From: Arenicellales bacterium
GTDB taxonomy: Bacteria > Pseudomonadota > Gammaproteobacteria > Arenicellales > JAJDZL01
Direction: 5' to 3'
DNA: 64,000 bases
Assembly: GCA_965219265.1 (NCBI GenBank)
Contig: OZ244730.1
Coordinates: 2,833,834 to 2,897,833 of the forward strand
The translations under genes and the position numbers were made by a program. Shown piece after piece: positions 1 through 9,223 of the stretch (its first letter is position 1; each line of letters begins with the position of its first letter). The notes beneath the pieces were generated by a model that saw nothing but the letters and a program-made list of their open reading frames with translations, did no database searches and had not been told where the DNA came from.

Positions 1-1320
1 AATTTGCACGGCTTGAGGAACAGTTTGCGGCACAATCCAGCGAGGTTCAGCAACTCAAGATGGCCAAAGCGGAACAGGGCGAGCAGATAGTGCAACTAGT
101 TGAATCGGGCAGTGAGAGCTCTCTGGTTGTTGAACAGCAGCGGCAGGAACTCAGTAACCTTCGAGCACTGTACAGCGAAAGAATCCAGGAACTGGAACGA
201 CTGCAGGCACAGCACATTGAACGAGAGCGCCAATTCGCGAGGCTTGAGGAACAGTTTGCAGCACAATCCAGCGAGGTTCAAGAACTTCAAACCAGTCAGA
301 CGGAACAAATCGAGCAAATAGCGCAATTGTCGGCAACCGGTGCACAGAGTTTGCGAACTGTCGAGCAGCAACAGCAGGAACTCAGTGCCCTTCGAGCACT
401 GTACAGCGAAAGAATCCAGGAATTGGAACAGTTGCAAGCGCAGTACATTGAACGAGAGCGCCAATTTGCGAGGCTTGAGGAACAGTTTGCGGCACAATCC
501 AGCGAGGTTCAGCAACTCAAGATGGCCAAAGCGGAACAGGGCGAGCAGATAGTGCAACTAGTTGAATCGGGCAGTGAGAGCTCTCTGGTTGTTGAACAGC
601 AGCGGCAGGAACTCAGTAACCTTCGAGCACTGTACAGCGAAAGAATCCAGGAATTGGAACAGTTGCAAGCGCAGTACATTGAACGAGAGCGTGAATTTGC
701 ACGGCTTGAGGAACAGTTTGCAGCAAAATCCAGCGAGGTTCAAGAACTTCAAACCAGTCAGACGGAACAAATCGAGCAAATAGCGCAATTGTCGGCAACC
801 GGTGCACAGAGTTCGCGAACTGTCGAGCAGCAACAGCAGAAACTCAGTGACCTTCGAGCACTGTACAGCGAAAGAATCCAGGAACTGGAACGACTGCAGG
901 CACAGCACATTGAACGAGAGCGCCAATTTGCGAGGCTTGAGGAACAGTTTGCGGCACAATCCAGCGAGGTTCAGGAACTTCAAACCAGTCAGACGGAACA
1001 GAGTGAACAAATAGCGCAACTAATTGAATCGGGCGGAGAGAGTTCTCTGGTTGTTGAACAGCAACGGCAGGAACTCAGTGACCTTCGAGCACTGTACAGA
1101 GAAAGAATCCAGGAACTGGAACGACTGCAGGCACAGTACATCGAACGAGAGCGCCAATTTGCGAGGCTAGAGGAACAGTTTGCGGCACAATCCAGCGAGG
1201 TTCAGGAACTTCAAACCAGTCAGACGGAACAAATCGAGCAAATAGCGCAATTGTCGGAAACCGGTGCACAGAGTTCGCGAACTGTCGAGCAGCAACAGCA
1301 GGAACTCAGCGAATTGCGCG
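1..1320 (+). repeat. Coding tandem repeat with a 231-bp unit (77 codons), alternating as a 462-bp super-period, continuing upstream of the window
   Basis: Shadow ORFs recur at an exact 462-nt offset: 96-557 vs 558-1019, 100-321 vs 562-783, and 151-345 vs 613-807 vs 1075-1269. Protein units start at about nt 60, 291, 522, 753, 984 and 1215 and differ by only a few substitutions. Confidence 0.9.
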
Positions 1321-2270
1321 CATTTCTGACTGAGACACTAGCGGAAGCCGAGAGTCTGCAGGCTCGAAATACTGAACGCGAAAAAGAGTTGCAAAGACTG
1401 CAACTGGAACTGACCGGCCGCGGTGAGGAAATCGCTGATCTTACCGCTTCTGAAGTAGAAAAACTTGAACAGATCAATGAGTTGACTGCACAACTTCAGA
1501 AATACGAGAGTCAGGTTGCGGAGTTGAGGCAGACACTTGGTAATATACAAAGCGTGGAAATAGTACTGCGGGAGCAATCTGAGCAGCAGGAAAAAGATGT
1601 TGAGGCACTACAATCCGAACGTGTAGCACTACTTGAAGATCGAGCTGGTTTGCAGAAACTGAATGATGATCTTAAGCGTGAAATTATATACCTCGAGCGA
1701 CAGCAGAGCGATCAGGCGAAACAACTGGATCGCTTGCTGGCTGTGACGGAACAGCTCGGAAAAGATATTGAGAATCGTCAGCAGACAATTGATAAACTTT
1801 CGATTGAGAAAGAAAGCATGCAATTTGCTGGCCGGCAAACCGATCAGGAACTGACCCAACTCAAGCAAGCCTATCAGTCTCGCTTGCTGGAACTGACGGA
1901 ACTTGGAACGGCATTCGCAAGTCGCAGTAGTGAAGCCCAACAACTACAGGCGGAACTAGTTGAATTGAAAGAAGAAACTCAGCTGATGCTTCGCCCCGCT
2001 AGAAGTCCGGCAAACCGTTTTGTCGTGGAAATACACTATTCCGAAGATCAAAGCGGCAGCAATTTGATCACCTATATACTGCCGGGCGAGGAAAGCTTTA
2101 CAAGAGTTGATCGAGTTGGGCTGGAGACGATGCTCGACAGATTGAAAGCGCAAAGGGCAGAAGGACTGTATACCAAGATCGTGTTTCCGGAAGAAGAACG
2201 CCTTACGTTTACTGAAGCGTGGAAGTTTACACAAGAAATTCTTTCCGAGTACGATTATTACCATCAATAA
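1..2270 (+). CDS. Large coiled-coil repeat protein, 5'-truncated by the window edge
   Basis: The frame is open from nt 3. FARLEEQFAAQSSEVQQLK precedes the first in-window Met at 60 and is itself a repeat copy. Q/E/R/L-rich 77-aa units repeat more than 5 times, followed by non-repetitive coiled coil. The C-terminus is a ~95-aa globular domain (RFVVEIHYSED...ILSEYDYYHQ) of unknown family, with a faint ExbD/TolR-like pattern only. Confidence 0.75.
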   Translation, partial: FARLEEQFAAQSSEVQQLKMAKAEQGEQIVQLVESGSESSLVVEQQRQELSNLRALYSERIQELERLQAQHIERERQFARLEEQFAAQSSEVQELQTSQTEQIEQIAQLSATGAQSLRTVEQQQQELSALRALYSERIQELEQLQAQYIERERQFARLEEQFAAQSSEVQQLKMAKAEQGEQIVQLVESGSESSLVVEQQRQELSNLRALYSERIQELEQLQAQYIEREREFARLEEQFAAKSSEVQELQTSQTEQIEQIAQLSATGAQSSRTVEQQQQKLSDLRALYSERIQELERLQAQHIERERQFARLEEQFAAQSSEVQELQTSQTEQSEQIAQLIESGGESSLVVEQQRQELSDLRALYRERIQELERLQAQYIERERQFARLEEQFAAQSSEVQELQTSQTEQIEQIAQLSETGAQSSRTVEQQQQELSELRAFLTETLAEAESLQARNTEREKELQRLQLELTGRGEEIADLTASEVEKLEQINELTAQLQKYESQVAELRQTLGNIQSVEIVLREQSEQQEKDVEALQSERVALLEDRAGLQKLNDDLKREIIYLERQQSDQAKQLDRLLAVTEQLGKDIENRQQTIDKLSIEKESMQFAGRQTDQELTQLKQAYQSRLLELTELGTAFASRSSEAQQLQAELVELKEETQLMLRPARSPANRFVVEIHYSEDQSGSNLITYILPGEESFTRVDRVGLETMLDRLKAQRAEGLYTKIVFPEEERLTFTEAWKFTQEILSEYDYYHQ

Positions 2271-2288
2271 AGTAAAAACCTGAATACA

Positions 2289-4190
2289 GTGAAACATTCA
2301 ATGGAATACGACGTGATCGTCGTCGGTGGCGGACACGCGGGCGCGGAAGCGGCCATGGCTTCGGCGCGCAGCGGAAGCAATACCCTGCTTTTAACGCAAA
2401 GCATGGAGACTATTGGTCAGATGTCGTGCAATCCGGCTATCGGTGGTATTGGCAAAGGCCACATCGTACGGGAAATTGATGCACTTGGCGGAATCATGGC
2501 GCGAGTTACGGATCAAAGCGGCATACAGTTTCGCCGACTCAATGTGAGAAAAGGCCCAGCGGTGCAGGCGACACGAGCTCAGGCCGATCGCATGCTGTAT
2601 CGGGCCAGTGTACGCCGAACTTTGGAAAATCAACCGAATTTGACGATATTTCAACAAGAAGTGGAAGATTTGCTGGTCGAGAATGGGACGGTAAGGGGAG
2701 TATTGACGCGATTTGGCATAAGAATTGGGGCAAAAGCCGTTATTCTGGCAACTGGTACCTTTTTAGGCGGCACCATTCACATCGGCTTAGAGAATCACAG
2801 TGGAGGACGTGCAGGAGACCCGCCGTCCAATCGCTTGGCAACGCGGCTTCGGGAGATGATGTTCCACGTGGAACGTCTGAAAACTGGAACACCTCCAAGA
2901 ATTGATGGGCGCACCATCAACTATTCGAAGTTGATTGAGCAGCCAGGCGACCAACCTGCCTTGGTGTTTTCCTTCATCGGTTCTGTCAATGAGCATCCAC
3001 GGCAGGTGTCCTGCCACATTGCCCGCACTAACGAACGTACGCATGACATCATCCGTGCCTCACTGGATCGTTCTGCAATGTATGGCGGTACAATTGATTC
3101 CATAGGACCGAGATACTGCCCGTCAGTCGAAGACAAGGTGGTGAGATTTGCAGATCGAACGTCTCATCAGATTTTTGTGGAGCCGGAGGGATTGGATTCG
3201 GTGGAAATTTATCCAAATGGTATTTCCACAAGTCTTCCGTTTGACGTTCAATGCGAGTTTGTGCGTTCCATCAGCGGCTTTGAAAATGCTGAATTGACTC
3301 GACCTGGTTACGCAATCGAGTACGATTTTCTCGACCCGCGTGAATTGAAGCCAAGTCTGGAAACAAAGCTACTGGACGGATTGTTTTTGGCAGGGCAGAT
3401 CAATGGAACTACCGGATATGAAGAAGCTGCCTGTCAGGGTCTCATTGCAGGGCTCAATGCTTCCTGTCATTCTCAATCAATCGAGCCTTGGTGGCCGCGT
3501 CGAGATGAAGCCTACATTGGTGTGCTGATAGATGATCTTGTTACCAAGGGTGCGGATGAGCCCTATCGTATGTTCACTTCGCGCGCCGAACACCGGCTGA
3601 TGCTGCGTGAAGATAATGCAGACCTCCGATTGACGGAAACAGGCCGTAATCTGGGACTGGTCTGCGATACGCGCTGGCGCCTGTTTTGCGAAAAGCGAGA
3701 TGTGATTGCCAAGGAACGTCGAAGGCTTGAAAGCAAAGTGATTAAACCATCCGCGTCAACGCAGGAGCGAGTCACTCAGGTGCTGGGCAGACCATTGCAA
3801 AACGATTCTACGCTGTTTGATTTGCTGCGAGATCCATCTGTGAGTTATGATTCGATATTGGCACTGCCGGAGGCGGGTATTGCAGTTAAAGATCCAGCGG
3901 TAAAGGAGCAGCTTGAGATTGAAGCTCGATACGAAGGATACATCAAACGGCAAAAGGCTTCAGTTAAGAAGTCTCTTCAGGCTGAAAACACAAAACTGCC
4001 GGAATCACTGGATTATAACCAGGTGCATGGGCTATCGAATGAAGTCAGACAGAAACTGGAGATTCGCAGGCCGCAAACTCTGGGCATGGCTTCGCGCATT
4101 CCTGGAGTGACCCCAGCTGCGATTACAGTTCTATCCGTTCATCTGAAAAAACAGTTGTTGATGCAACTGGCTGACAACCAGCCAGTCTGA
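2289..4190 (+). CDS. mnmG: tRNA uridine-5-carboxymethylaminomethyl(34) synthesis enzyme MnmG (GidA)
   Basis: FAD-binding motif [15 protein letters not shown], ~630 aa, followed by rsmG-parA-parB. The start is GTG 2289 or ATG 2301. Confidence 0.95.
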   Translation: MKHSMEYDVIVVGGGHAGAEAAMASARSGSNTLLLTQSMETIGQMSCNPAIGGIGKGHIVREIDALGGIMARVTDQSGIQFRRLNVRKGPAVQATRAQADRMLYRASVRRTLENQPNLTIFQQEVEDLLVENGTVRGVLTRFGIRIGAKAVILATGTFLGGTIHIGLENHSGGRAGDPPSNRLATRLREMMFHVERLKTGTPPRIDGRTINYSKLIEQPGDQPALVFSFIGSVNEHPRQVSCHIARTNERTHDIIRASLDRSAMYGGTIDSIGPRYCPSVEDKVVRFADRTSHQIFVEPEGLDSVEIYPNGISTSLPFDVQCEFVRSISGFENAELTRPGYAIEYDFLDPRELKPSLETKLLDGLFLAGQINGTTGYEEAACQGLIAGLNASCHSQSIEPWWPRRDEAYIGVLIDDLVTKGADEPYRMFTSRAEHRLMLREDNADLRLTETGRNLGLVCDTRWRLFCEKRDVIAKERRRLESKVIKPSASTQERVTQVLGRPLQNDSTLFDLLRDPSVSYDSILALPEAGIAVKDPAVKEQLEIEARYEGYIKRQKASVKKSLQAENTKLPESLDYNQVHGLSNEVRQKLEIRRPQTLGMASRIPGVTPAAITVLSVHLKKQLLMQLADNQPV

Positions 4191-4205
4191 GTCGCACCGT
4201 TAGCC

Positions 4206-4898
4206 ATGGATGAAAAAACAATTGCCGAGCTAGCTGCAAAGGAGAAGACTAAGGCTGGATTGTTTTCCAGGCAACAGATGCGCTGCCAACTGGTGAAAGG
4301 ATTGAAGGAATTGCGCCTTGCTCTCAGTGATGATGTTGTTGATCGAGCCCTAGAGCATGCAGAACTTCTCATGCAATGGAATCGAGTCTACAGTCTCTCG
4401 GCAATTAGAAAAGCGAGTGATGTAGTGCCAAAGCACCTTCTGGACAGCTTTGCGATTTCCGAATATGTGCAGGGAGGCAAGGTGCTTGATCTGGGTAGCG
4501 GAGCAGGGTTTCCTGGAATTCCAATCGCTTTGGCGAACCCGCAATTGAAAATTACTCTGCTGGACTCAAATGGCAAGAAAATTCAGTTTGTCAGACATGT
4601 AGTTGCAATTCTTGGGCTAGAAAACGTAGAAGTATTGCAGCAGCGTGCTGAAAATATGGAGAAGCAGTCCCAATATGACACAATTCTTGTACGTGCATTG
4701 GGCTCGCTGAATGCGGTGGCTGCACTAGCGCTGCCTTTGTTGGACCCTAAAGGCTACATTCTTGCAATGAAGGGACGATATCCGAGCAAGGAATTGGAAG
4801 AAATGAGAGTTCGCTGTATTCTGTCGATTCGCGAGATCGCTGTTCCATGCTTAAGGAGCACTCGACATCTTGTGGTCATGAAGCATCCACGAAATTGA
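4206..4898 (+). CDS. rsmG: 16S rRNA (guanine527-N7)-methyltransferase RsmG (GidB)
   Basis: SAM motif VLDLGSGAGFPGIPIA and conserved position after mnmG. Confidence 0.9.
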   Translation: MDEKTIAELAAKEKTKAGLFSRQQMRCQLVKGLKELRLALSDDVVDRALEHAELLMQWNRVYSLSAIRKASDVVPKHLLDSFAISEYVQGGKVLDLGSGAGFPGIPIALANPQLKITLLDSNGKKIQFVRHVVAILGLENVEVLQQRAENMEKQSQYDTILVRALGSLNAVAALALPLLDPKGYILAMKGRYPSKELEEMRVRCILSIREIAVPCLRSTRHLVVMKHPRN

Positions 4899-4914
4899 AG
4901 GAAGTTATACAGCT

Positions 4915-5682
4915 ATGAGCCGTGTCCTAGCCCTAACCAACCAAAAAGGTGGCGTCGGAAAAACTACCACAGGGATCAATGTTGCCGCATCATTAGCCCG
5001 TGCTGGACGAAAAGTTCTTCTGATTGACCTGGATTCTCAAGCCAATGCCACCGCAGGCATCGGTTTCGTGCCATATAGCGCGGATTCGGGGATTTATGAA
5101 GTGTTGATTGGCAGAGTTTCGCTCGAAAGCGTCATTCAAAGCACTGAGTCTGGAATGGATGCGGTTATAGCAAGCAGGGACCTTGTCGGAGCGCAAGTGG
5201 AATTGCTGAATTTTGACCAACGTGAGTACCGATTAAAAAATGCAATCAAAGCGGTTCGGGACACTTATAATTATATTTTGATGGATTGTCCTCCGTCGCT
5301 AAATATTGTGACGCTGAATGCACTTGTTGCTGCTGACGGAGTAATTATTCCAACGCAATGCGAATATTTTGCGTTGCAGGGACTGGTTGAGTTGCTTGAC
5401 ACTATTGAAACAGTTCGACAATCATTAAACCCCCAATTGAAACTGGATGGCATTCTCCGGACTATGCATGATCGAAGAAACAAGTTGAATCGCGAGGTAT
5501 CGGCTCAGTTGATCAGTCATTTTCAAGATTTGGTCTATCGGACTATCATCCCCAGAAATATCAGGTTGGCAGAAGCTCCCAGTCACGGAAAAACGGCCTT
5601 AGATTATGACAATAAGTGTTTAGGAACAATGGCTTACATAGCATTCACTGGTGAATTGCTGAGTAAAGAAGAGCGCCTATGA
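4915..5682 (+). CDS. parA: Chromosome partitioning ATPase ParA/Soj
   Basis: Deviant Walker A NQKGGVGKTTT, 255 aa, overlaps parB by 4 nt. Confidence 0.93.
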   Translation: MSRVLALTNQKGGVGKTTTGINVAASLARAGRKVLLIDLDSQANATAGIGFVPYSADSGIYEVLIGRVSLESVIQSTESGMDAVIASRDLVGAQVELLNFDQREYRLKNAIKAVRDTYNYILMDCPPSLNIVTLNALVAADGVIIPTQCEYFALQGLVELLDTIETVRQSLNPQLKLDGILRTMHDRRNKLNREVSAQLISHFQDLVYRTIIPRNIRLAEAPSHGKTALDYDNKCLGTMAYIAFTGELLSKEERL

Positions 5683-6536
5683 GCAGCCAGGAGAAATTGG
5701 GACGAGGACTTGAGGCTCTACTAGGCGCATCAAGGTCCGCAACAATTCCATTGCAGTCGGACAATGTTCGCTTGATTGCGATTGAGAAGCTGCACTCCGG
5801 CCCCTATCAGCCAAGAATGGACATGGATGAAGAATCCATGAACGAGCTTGCCGACTCCATTCGTGCGCACGGCATCATTCAGCCCATTATTGCAAGGGAA
5901 TCGACAACAAGAGATGGTTACGAAATCATTGCAGGAGAACGCCGATGGCGCGCCGCGCAAAGGGTTTCAATTCATGAAGTGCCTGTCATCGTAAGAGCAA
6001 TTCCTGACAAGGCCGCCATGGCGATGGCATTGATCGAGAACATTCAGAGAGAAGATCTGAATCCTGTGGAAGAAGCAAATCTGTTGAAACGTCTGGCAGA
6101 TGAATTCATGATGTCGCATTCTGATATCGCAGAAAACGTTGGTAAGTCACGCGCCACCATCACGAATTTGTTGCGGCTCTTGACGTTGACCGAGCCGGTG
6201 TTGGAGATGTTGAAAAGCCGGCAACTCGAAGCCGGACATGCAAAAGTGTTGCTTGCACTAAAGGGAATTGATCAGATTTCTGCAGCCAAACTGGTTGTGA
6301 AGAATTCGTTGAATGTTCGTAGAACCGAAGCGCTTGTGAAAGGCTGGAACAGCGAATCAGGCAATAAAAAAACCTCAAAAACTGCTGCCGACGCAAATAT
6401 TACAAGGCTTGAATTAGAATTGTCAGAACGAGTCGAGGCGAAAGTTGCCATTCACGATCGAAACGGCAAAGGATTCATTAAAATCAATTACCAGAGTTTG
6501 GATGAACTTGATGGAATTCTCGACCGATTCAATTAA
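5679..6536 (+). CDS. parB: Chromosome partitioning protein ParB/Spo0J
   Basis: ParB box IIAGERRWRAA, an HTH region, 285 aa. Confidence 0.93.
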   Translation: MSSQEKLGRGLEALLGASRSATIPLQSDNVRLIAIEKLHSGPYQPRMDMDEESMNELADSIRAHGIIQPIIARESTTRDGYEIIAGERRWRAAQRVSIHEVPVIVRAIPDKAAMAMALIENIQREDLNPVEEANLLKRLADEFMMSHSDIAENVGKSRATITNLLRLLTLTEPVLEMLKSRQLEAGHAKVLLALKGIDQISAAKLVVKNSLNVRRTEALVKGWNSESGNKKTSKTAADANITRLELELSERVEAKVAIHDRNGKGFIKINYQSLDELDGILDRFN

Positions 6537-6551
6537 TCCAAAACTAGATGG

Positions 6552-7694
6552 TTGAATAATATGCATATGTTCAAGAGATTGAAAGGGGCTTCACTGTCCA
6601 TTCTGCTAATAGTCATTAGCGCCGGATTATCCATCGCGGGATGCGCCGAAGTAGGCGGCAGACAGTTGTCACTATTGACTTCGTCCGAAGTGCTGGACCC
6701 GCTGGAAGTGCCGCCGGGACTGAGTCCGCTGCCAGAGGCAGAGCAGTTTCAGATTCCTGAAGAACTGGATTCTGCAGACATCAAGGAGCTTCCTCCTGAA
6801 CAGTATCGCAATTACGAGAGCTGGGTTTCGTTCGAGAAGTTTCGACAATTTCAATTGGAAGAGCAGGGCGTTGGTTTGAGCGCGGAAGAGTATAGTACTG
6901 CGCTACAGCGTGGTGAAGGACGCTTCAGGGTCATCACCCGAAGAACTCCTGAAGATAAGGTGCGATTACGCGTTGTAGATCAGGTCGAACCTGTGTGGGA
7001 CCGTCTCAGACCGGTATTGGAAGACATGGGAATCGTGATAAATAGCGTCAACGTGCAGGAAAGAGTCTACTATGTTTCTAATGTTCCTTCAAAGAAGAAG
7101 CCGACCTTAGCCCAGAGATTCGGATTTAAGGAATTTGCCGGAGAAGTGTATTCGTTGCACGTAGTCGCAGCCAGTGGTAGTGAAACTGAAGTGATCGGGA
7201 AATCGGAACGAAATGTAGAAGTCAGTTATGAATCCGCGGCGGAATTTTTCACCAGAATGCGTTACTTTATGCTGACGTACTACCAGTTGGACGAGGGTGA
7301 CGTTGATGGACAGTTTTCAGTTGAAGTAAACAAGCGTTTCGAGCGTGATGGCAAGGGTTCGAGGATCATTGTAGTGTCTGAAAACTTTGATTCTGCCTGG
7401 GTTCGAGTCGGACGTACACTTGAAGCATCAGGCGTTAATATCGAAGATCTGAATCGAAGTGAGGGAGTGTACATCGTCAGCTACAGCGCTACTAAAAAGA
7501 AAAAGAAGAGGTTCAAACTTGCTTTTTGGCGTAAGGATGATAAACAGGAAGTCGTTCATGAGCAGTTCGATGTCGCCGTCAGCGGGTCAGGAGAACAATC
7601 GGTAATTCGTGTACTGCCATCCGGTAGCGAGGAATCTGACATTCATTCAGCAGAAAAGCTGCTGCAAATAATTTACGAACGTCTGTACACCTGA
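6552..7694 (+). CDS. bamC: Outer-membrane lipoprotein, BamC (NlpB)-like
   Basis: Signal peptide with lipobox LSIAGC. Two repeated helix-grip-like segments (VEPVWDRLRPVLEDMGIVI...VYYVS and FDSAWVRVGRTLEASGVNI...GVYIVSY) parallel the two BamC domains. The ATG at 6561 is the more likely start. Confidence 0.55.
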   Translation: MNNMHMFKRLKGASLSILLIVISAGLSIAGCAEVGGRQLSLLTSSEVLDPLEVPPGLSPLPEAEQFQIPEELDSADIKELPPEQYRNYESWVSFEKFRQFQLEEQGVGLSAEEYSTALQRGEGRFRVITRRTPEDKVRLRVVDQVEPVWDRLRPVLEDMGIVINSVNVQERVYYVSNVPSKKKPTLAQRFGFKEFAGEVYSLHVVAASGSETEVIGKSERNVEVSYESAAEFFTRMRYFMLTYYQLDEGDVDGQFSVEVNKRFERDGKGSRIIVVSENFDSAWVRVGRTLEASGVNIEDLNRSEGVYIVSYSATKKKKKRFKLAFWRKDDKQEVVHEQFDVAVSGSGEQSVIRVLPSGSEESDIHSAEKLLQIIYERLYT

Positions 7695-7745
7695 ACCTGG
7701 ACAAAAAGTGCTAGATACGGTTGCTAGAAAGTAAAACGAGATTTT

Positions 7746-7778
7746 GATTTCGCTACAAACATCATTTGTAGCGAAATC
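7746..7778. terminator. Perfect 14-bp stem hairpin between convergent genes (bidirectional terminator candidate)
   Basis: gatttcgctacaaa-catca-tttgtagcgaaatc. No clean T-run follows, so the terminator function is inferred. Confidence 0.5.
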
Positions 7779-7946
7779 ATATATCTTAAATGTAATTTAA
7801 AAACAAATACTTATGGCATGGATGTTGGTATTTCTAGCCCTGATGCAGATGTGTAGAAGTTGGATGCTAACGCAAGCAGAACTAGTTTCTGGATGGTCAG
7901 TCTGAAGCTTACTCCAGGCGATTGATTCAACAGAAAACCAAATCTG

Positions 7947-8279
7947 TTACTGGCTTTCGGATTCCTCTGACGGTGAATTGGCTTGGTCCCTAAGCCACTG
8001 CTTATATTTCAAATACTGTTGCCACTCTTTCCACAGCAGATATTCCTGATATTCTTCATCATCGGCTCCGGGTTCTCCGCGTCCTGCTCCTCCTCCGAAG
8101 AATAAAAGCGGTGTGCCGCCGCTTTGAATGTCTCTAGGCGAAGTTGGGGTGGGTGGAACCCTATCCACCGACCCGCCTGATTCACTGCTGTCGCCACCAC
8201 CACCGCATCCAGACAGGAATGCAAGAAAAAAACTCGTTAAAGCAATCAATACAAAATGTGAAATTTTAAATCTGCGCAT
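7947..8279 (-). CDS. Small hypothetical lipoprotein
   Basis: Signal peptide with lipobox FLSGCGGGG, a Gly/Ser/Pro-rich linker and a W/Y/K-rich tail. No recognisable family. Confidence 0.5.
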   Translation of the reverse strand: MRRFKISHFVLIALTSFFLAFLSGCGGGGDSSESGGSVDRVPPTPTSPRDIQSGGTPLLFFGGGAGRGEPGADDEEYQEYLLWKEWQQYLKYKQWLRDQANSPSEESESQ

Positions 8280-8372
8280 ATCTCAACGATTGGGGAAATC
8301 AAGTATTTGATGGTGGACTGAATAGCGAAATTATATATTTCTAACCAAATTAAGTGAGCTTAATTCACTTCG

Positions 8373-9044
8373 TTAGTTTCCACTGACTACACTATCCAGT
8401 TCAGCTTGAGAAATCAACTTTTCTACATAGGGCAGCATTTGAATCACGATCAACGATACTCCTGCTTTGTTTGGATGAATGCCATCTTGTTGGTTCAAGC
8501 TGTTGTCCGTTGCGACGCCCTCAAGAAAAAACGGATAAAAGAGGACATCAAAATGCCTCGCGATTTCCGGGTAGATTGCATCGAACGTTTCAGAGTATTC
8601 GGGACCAAGATTCCTGGGAGCCATGGCACCTGCTAGCAAAACCGGTAATTTTCTGGATTGAATTCTCACAAGTATGTCGATTAAGTTTTGTTTAACCAAA
8701 TCTACCGGAACCGCACGAAAGGCGTCGTTGCTGCCTAGGTTCAGAATGACTGCTGAGTATGGGTCTGAGAGTACCCAGTCGATGCGTGCCAGTCCGCCAC
8801 TGGTGGTGTCACCTGAAATTCCTGAGTTCACAATCTGAACCGTGTAGCCTTTGTCACTTAATGCATTCTCTAGCTGAGCAGTAAACCCTTCTTCGGGTTT
8901 CAGCCCGTAGCCAGCGATCAGGCTGTCGCCAATCGCTAAAATTCTGATCGGATCGCTCGCGTATGCGCTTGCAATCAACACCAGGGAGATGATGATGACA
9001 AAATGGATTTTACGGATCAATCTAATGTTGATATCTGTAATCAT
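8373..9044 (-). CDS. SGNH/GDSL hydrolase, TesA-like arylesterase / acyl-CoA thioesterase I
   Basis: Block I ILAIGDSLIAGYG, block III GSND, block V DGIHPN. The signal peptide begins at the Met at 9044. The ORF is open to 9143, but the 33-aa extension looks non-native. Confidence 0.8.
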   Translation of the reverse strand: MITDINIRLIRKIHFVIIISLVLIASAYASDPIRILAIGDSLIAGYGLKPEEGFTAQLENALSDKGYTVQIVNSGISGDTTSGGLARIDWVLSDPYSAVILNLGSNDAFRAVPVDLVKQNLIDILVRIQSRKLPVLLAGAMAPRNLGPEYSETFDAIYPEIARHFDVLFYPFFLEGVATDNSLNQQDGIHPNKAGVSLIVIQMLPYVEKLISQAELDSVVSGN

Positions 9045-9223
9045 ATCTGTGTTGACAGTTCGCTGATGCAATCTAGCGAGTTGGCACACACAAAATCTTA
9101 AGTCGCGATAAAGCCGACCGGATCCAGTCGCTCGTGACATCAATCCGGTCGGTTCTATACGATGTTCAGGTCAACAGCTTCAATCTTTGAAGGTTTGGAT
9201 TTCCTGAACTGTCAGCGAATTCC

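Noticed and set aside
1-1320. Tandem repeat array considered as a CRISPR or satellite
   Set aside because: The units are contiguous with no unique spacers. They are 231 bp long, kept in frame, and encode a heptad-rich protein. This is a coding repeat, not a CRISPR.
96-1477. Many 60-150-aa ORFs on other frames and on the minus strand inside the coiled-coil gene (e.g. 96-557, 558-1019, 100-321, 151-345)
   Set aside because: They recur at exact 462-nt offsets because the underlying DNA is a tandem repeat. They have Cys/Arg/Ser-rich shadow-frame composition, and the + frame 3 ORF explains the region.
2271-2300. oriC expected upstream of mnmG (gidA)
   Set aside because: Only 18-30 nt separate the coiled-coil gene stop from the mnmG start. 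There is no room for DnaA-box clusters or an AT-rich unwinding element.
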